A stretch of DNA of 64,000 nucleotides, taken from positions 107,482,016 to 107,546,015 of the forward strand of contig NC_052154.1 of the NCBI RefSeq assembly GCF_902713615.1, read 5' to 3'. Positions 59,583-64,000 of this stretch are shown in pieces. The notes beneath the pieces are model-generated. The model saw nothing but the letters and a program-made list of their open reading frames with translations, searched no databases and was not told the origin of the DNA. The position numbers and the translations under genes are program-made. Numbering within the stretch: the first letter of the stretch is position 1; each line of letters opens with the position of its first letter. This DNA is from Scyliorhinus canicula (lineage: Eukaryota).

Positions 59583-60662
59583 CAGTTGTCCAGCCTACTA
59601 ATCTGTATCTTACAGAATGAGGAGGAACTCTGTGGTCTTGGAGTTGTTACCCCTTACGCTTTTGAAAAGAGAAGTATTGAATTTGAAAAAGGCTGAAATG
59701 TAGTCAGCCTGGGTTCTTCCCTGTGTTTACCACATCACCAATTGACCACAATGACATGATTGATATTTCTGTGCTATCTTATTTCTCTTTTCAAAATTCA
59801 CTGACAAAATATCTGGAAAATTGTTGTACCGATGTTTCATTGTAGAAGCATGTGAAGTTTTAAAATTGTGGTGGTATCCTGGGGTCAAATGCTTACAAAC
59901 TGTGCAAAAAAGTCAGGCTGGAATGAATGGGCTGAAATAATCAAGTTGTATTCAGCAGTACTGTGTTTCTGAAGAACCTAGCAGCAGGTGTTTGTGTTTG
60001 AGAATCTGACACATTACAAGCTGTCTGTGCAGAGATCCCACTGTAAGAGACGAGGCACGGGTTTTCCACATCCTGTACCTTTGCTGCCAGTCATAAGAAC
60101 AGACCGATTAAAGGATTGTCTAAGATGTAAAGGGGTTCCTCTGCCAATAGGAGCAGATGAGGAAAGATTCTGGGCAGGATTCCCCATCCTGGGATGCCCA
60201 GAATGAGTTCCCTGATGAGAATCAGGTGTCAGAGGAAAATCACCTGGCACCGATACAAATGTGGTGCTCCGACTCCCGATGGCGGCGGGAATGAGGTCAC
60301 GCCGTATGCCAGAGGGAATGGTGTGGGGGTAGAATGGGGTGATATATGGGTGGTGTGGGGTAGGTGTCTTCATGACCCATTTGCATCTATTTAGTGGGCC
60401 CGCCATCCTATCCCTGGCGTTCCGTGATTCTCCGGTCCCTGCGGTAGGGAATCATGTTGCCATGGATCTCTTGTGGTCTTTATTAGTGTGGTTCTGGTGT
60501 GGTGGACCTCACGGTGGACCAAGCCCTGTGAGCTGCGGCTGTGCATTCTAAGCGCTAAGTGCATTCCAATGACTCAAGCACGTGATTTCACTGCACTTAA
60601 CTGTCTTTGATGTGGTCAATGTTTACAAACATTGGGGTTTCACCACTCAGGCAATTGAACCA

Positions 60663-60776
60663 TGAAAGGAAATGAAAAATGAAAATCGCTTATTGTCACG
60701 AGTAGGCTTCAATGAAGTTACTGTGAAAAGCCCCTAGTCGCCACATTCCGGCGCCTGTCCAGGGAGGCTGGTACGG
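60663..60776 (-). mobile_element. SINE family 2, 5'-truncated
   Basis: Reverse complement of the family-2 3' part. Confidence 0.8.
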
Positions 60777-60930
60777 AGATGAATAAATCAAAGTTGCAGG
60801 TGGTTTTCAGATGCTGTCAACCACAGACAATACTTGAAAGCTATGAATAGCTGCGGCTAATGGACCTGTGGGAACCAGTCATGGTCACAGCTGCTTTCCT
60901 TCCAGGAAAGGACATGTGGAACTGTAATTT

Positions 60931-61277
60931 ACATAGAATTTACAGTGCAGAAGGAGGCCATTCGGCCCATCGAGTCTGCACCGGCTCCTGGAAAGAGCAC
61001 CCTACCCATGGTTAACACCTCCACCCTATCCCCATAACCCAGCAACCCCACCCAACACTAAGGGCAATTTTGGTCACTAAGGGCAATTTATCATGGCCAA
61101 TCCACCTAACCTGCACATCTTTGGACTGTGGGAGGAAACCGGAACACCCGGAGGAAACCCACGCACACACGGGGAGGATGTGCAGACTCCGCACAGACAG
61201 TGACCCAAGCCGGAATCGAACCTGGGACCCTGGAGCTGTGAAGCGATTGTGCTATCCACAATGCTACCATGCTGCCC
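60931..61277 (-). mobile_element. HE1/V-SINE
   Basis: Closely similar to 16358-16713. Confidence 0.9.
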
Positions 61278-61479
61278 CTTGGACCGTAATGTAAGTGTTA
61301 CAGCTGTAATTCTTCTCTCTCCCCCTGTCTGGACTGCTCTCCAGCTTCAAGACAGAGGCCTGCTTTCCGGTGGAGGTGGTGGGGGTTGGGGGGGGGGGGG
61401 GGGGGGGTGGAGAGAGCGAGAGAGAGAGAGGGTGGATCGGTTGGAAAGGTTGATCTATGGTGGGGAGGGTACCTTTCGG

Positions 61480-61800
61480 CAGGAGGTACCTGTGGGGGGG
61501 ATGCCTCTCTTACAGGGGCCCAGGAGGAAATCTCCTTATTACAGGAGTCCCTGTAGGGGTAGGTGTCTCCCTATTCCAGGGGTCTCTGGGGGTCCCTCTA
61601 TTGTAGGGGTCCCTGGGGACTCTCCCTAGCACAAGTGTCTGGGGGGTCTTCCTATTACAGAGGTCCCTGAGGATTCTCCCTATTACAGGGGTCCTCATGG
61701 GGGGTCTCCTATTACAGTAGTCCCTGGGGGGCTGACCTATTACAGGGTACCCTGGGGGGGAGGTCTCCCTATTATAGGGGTCTCTAGTGGGTGGTCTCTC
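61480..61800. repeat. Degenerate ~29-bp G-rich minisatellite (GGGGGTCTCCTATTACAG core)
   Basis: CTATTACAG-like cores recur roughly 10 times. Confidence 0.7.
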
Positions 61801-61849
61801 TTGTTAGGGCATCCCTGAGGCGTGGTAGGTCGGGTCAACCCCATTTGTG

Positions 61850-64000
61850 GGGAAAGGGGAACATCCAGGCATTCTGGGATGAGGCACTGTGCTGCAAGAG
61901 GGGGATGGAGGGGCTGATTTGTGGTGCAGGTGGGGCGGGTGGTCGACCGCATCACCTCACCACCACCCCACCTTCTGGTGTCCCCCGTCACCCAGCCACA
62001 ATGCCAAGAACATACCATCGACAAGGTGGCAACGGAGAGTGACAGGAGCCCCGAAACACTAGGCCAAGATACCCTGGAGCACCTGTCCGGGGCGACACCG
62101 GTTTTCCGTAACAGCTGTCTCCAACACCATCCCAGGGAAACTCCCCTCGGTTGAGCACTTTAGTGAAGAACATCCGGGGCCACTATCTGGTGCACACCAC
62201 AGATGAGCAGCGGCACATCAGGTAGAGGTAGGAACCCCCGAGTGGGTAGACGGTCCAAGGGCAGCCCGACCTCAGGGATTAGCTGCTATCAGACGGGACT
62301 CGGGCTTTCGGAAATGGCAGTCCCATCGATTGTGGAGATGCAGAGACAGAGCCGGGGACTACATGAGGGATTGTCAGCAACCATCCAGGGCCTACAGGTG
62401 CAGTTGGAGGTGGTGCCTACGATGTGTGCCACCCAGGCCAATGCCACACGGGTGATGAATGTATCAGCCATGGTTCAGGATGTCCAAGGCCTGGGGAACA
62501 CTGTGTGGATGGTGGCTGAGGTACCGGACAGGGCTGGCCACCTGGACATTGCAGCAAAGCTCCAGAGCTTGGCCCATTCACAACGGGCTAAAGTGTCAAC
62601 AGTATTTACTGGGTGCTGGCTGACTTGAGGCTGTCCCAGAGGGAAGTGGCCCACTCCCTGTGCTCAATGGCCACAAGCGTGGAGACGAGAGCGGGCCTCC
62701 AGGACTGGCACCGTCAGCTGGCGGGGGTTCCCTGGAGCGAGCTCCGGCCACACTCCCATCCCAAGGAGTAGCCCGGGGGCAGTTGGTAGAACAGGATGGC
62801 ACCACACTACCTGGGACAGCCGAGATACTGCAGGGCCCGTCCAGATGTACATGATGTGCAGCTCATGATTGCACACCAGCTCTACGTTCATCGAGTGGAA
62901 CCCCTTTCGATTAGTGAAGACCGGCCCTTCATGGGTCGGTGCTCATCGGGGGACATGTGTCCCATTGATCACTCCCTGGATCTGGGCATCCCGGCGATGG
63001 CGATGGACCCCACTGTCCGGGCATCCTGGTGGGCTTGGTCCACAGTGAAGTTGATATATTGTGCCGACTAGGCACACAGGGCCTCTGTTACGACACAGAT
63101 GTACCTGTGCACCGAGGTCTGCGAGATCCCTGACAGGTCCCCTCTCAGCGCTTGGAAGGACCCCGTGGCGTAAAAGGTCAGTGCAGCCGTCATCTTGATG
63201 GGTGTCCTCTCCCATACCCCCGCAGTGCCAGATGCGCCTTGATCCTGCAGATATGTCGTATCGTTCACCTGTTCAGCCAGAATCTTTGATGACATGCTCG
63301 GTCTGACATGTCCTCAAAGGACAGGTACTGCCGGTACACATGAGACCTGATGCAGTGCCTCCTTCCCACCTCCTCCTCGGCCTTGATGTGTTGGGTAAGC
63401 TGGGTCTACGAGTACTGCGTTTACTGCAGCATTGAGAGAGACAGGCTTCAAACACTTGAAGAAATGCAACTCGATTTTATTGAACTCTAAATTATCATAC
63501 ATACTTTAACTGTGGGTTGACACTGTGCTGAGTTGACTGAAGACCTGAGGCTAACCTGACCAGACTATCTTACTACGACATGGTGTATGTTCTAGTTGTT
63601 GCTCACGAGCTCTGACTGTCTCAGAGGCTGGATCCCAAGAGAGTGGGAAAACTAGTGCCCTCTGGCTTTATAGTGGTCGTGTCCTGTCTGGTGATTGGCT
63701 GCTGTGTTCTGTGTGTTCATTGATCATCCTGTGTGTCAATCACTGCCTCTCTGTGCACCATCATATACCTGTGTGTATATTATGACAGGCCTGTTGGGCA
63801 GTTAGCTTTCCATCCTCATCGGCTGCGACCCCCCATCTAGCAGACTCTCTCGCTGCTGGTTCCTCCCCAAGCAGTTCCTGCTCGTGCAGCTTTAGTGCAT
63901 CCCCCCAGGGCTGCGGCGGCCATGTTGAAAGGCAGACATGCCAGCATAGTGCATACCCCCGTGCCCAGCCAGGTCCAATATGCTGCACAGTGGCCCCAGC
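61850..64000. mobile_element. Harbinger remnant H6: Myb-like 3' exon (+) and transposase N-half (-); runs off the window
   Basis: PIKMTAALTFYATGSFQALRGDLSGISQTSVHRYI in ORF 63068-63295; 61990-62800 homologous to 53600-54700. Confidence 0.8.
63384..63787 (-). mobile_element. Solo LTR (404 bp) inside the H6 transposase
   Basis: 5-bp TSD GGCCT; TGTCATAAT...CACATCA termini. Confidence 0.9.

Noticed and set aside
59612-59696. Plus-strand acceptor (tcttacag) followed by a short open frame NEEELCGLGVVTPYAFEKRSIEFEKG
   Set aside because: No recognisable homology, no convincing partner exons, and a weak donor.

Overview
Eukaryotic vertebrate DNA, most likely from a shark. This is inferred from HE1/V-type SINEs, CR1 LINEs with an esterase ORF1 and a chondrichthyan-style MHC class I. 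Roughly 85-90% of the window (my estimate) is decayed, deeply nested transposable elements: four Ty3/Gypsy bodies, many solo LTRs with verifiable target-site duplications (TSDs), CR1, Rex1/Babar and Penelope retroelements, six Harbinger remnants, many Harbinger-type MITEs and two SINE families. Nearly all long ORFs in the track are TE pieces or G/C-repeat artefacts. The host-derived signals are small and are not annotated as genes in the ORF track. (1) Three phase-compatible minus-strand coding exons (20197-20256, 20079-20106, 603-680) give a signal peptide plus an astacin/hatching-enzyme-like propeptide, split by a 19.4-kb TE-filled intron. (2) An intronless, disabled non-classical MHC class I-like sequence lies at 29307-30331. 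(3) A CpG-island/GCC-repeat first exon at about 48.3-48.7 kb points the same way as the astacin gene. Notable TE mechanisms are a Gypsy family with a self-complementary, apparently tRNA-independent primer site, kb-scale G-quadruplex palindromic Harbinger-type elements, and a minimal hammerhead ribozyme in the Penelope copy. All family assignments are from pattern recognition; no database search was run.
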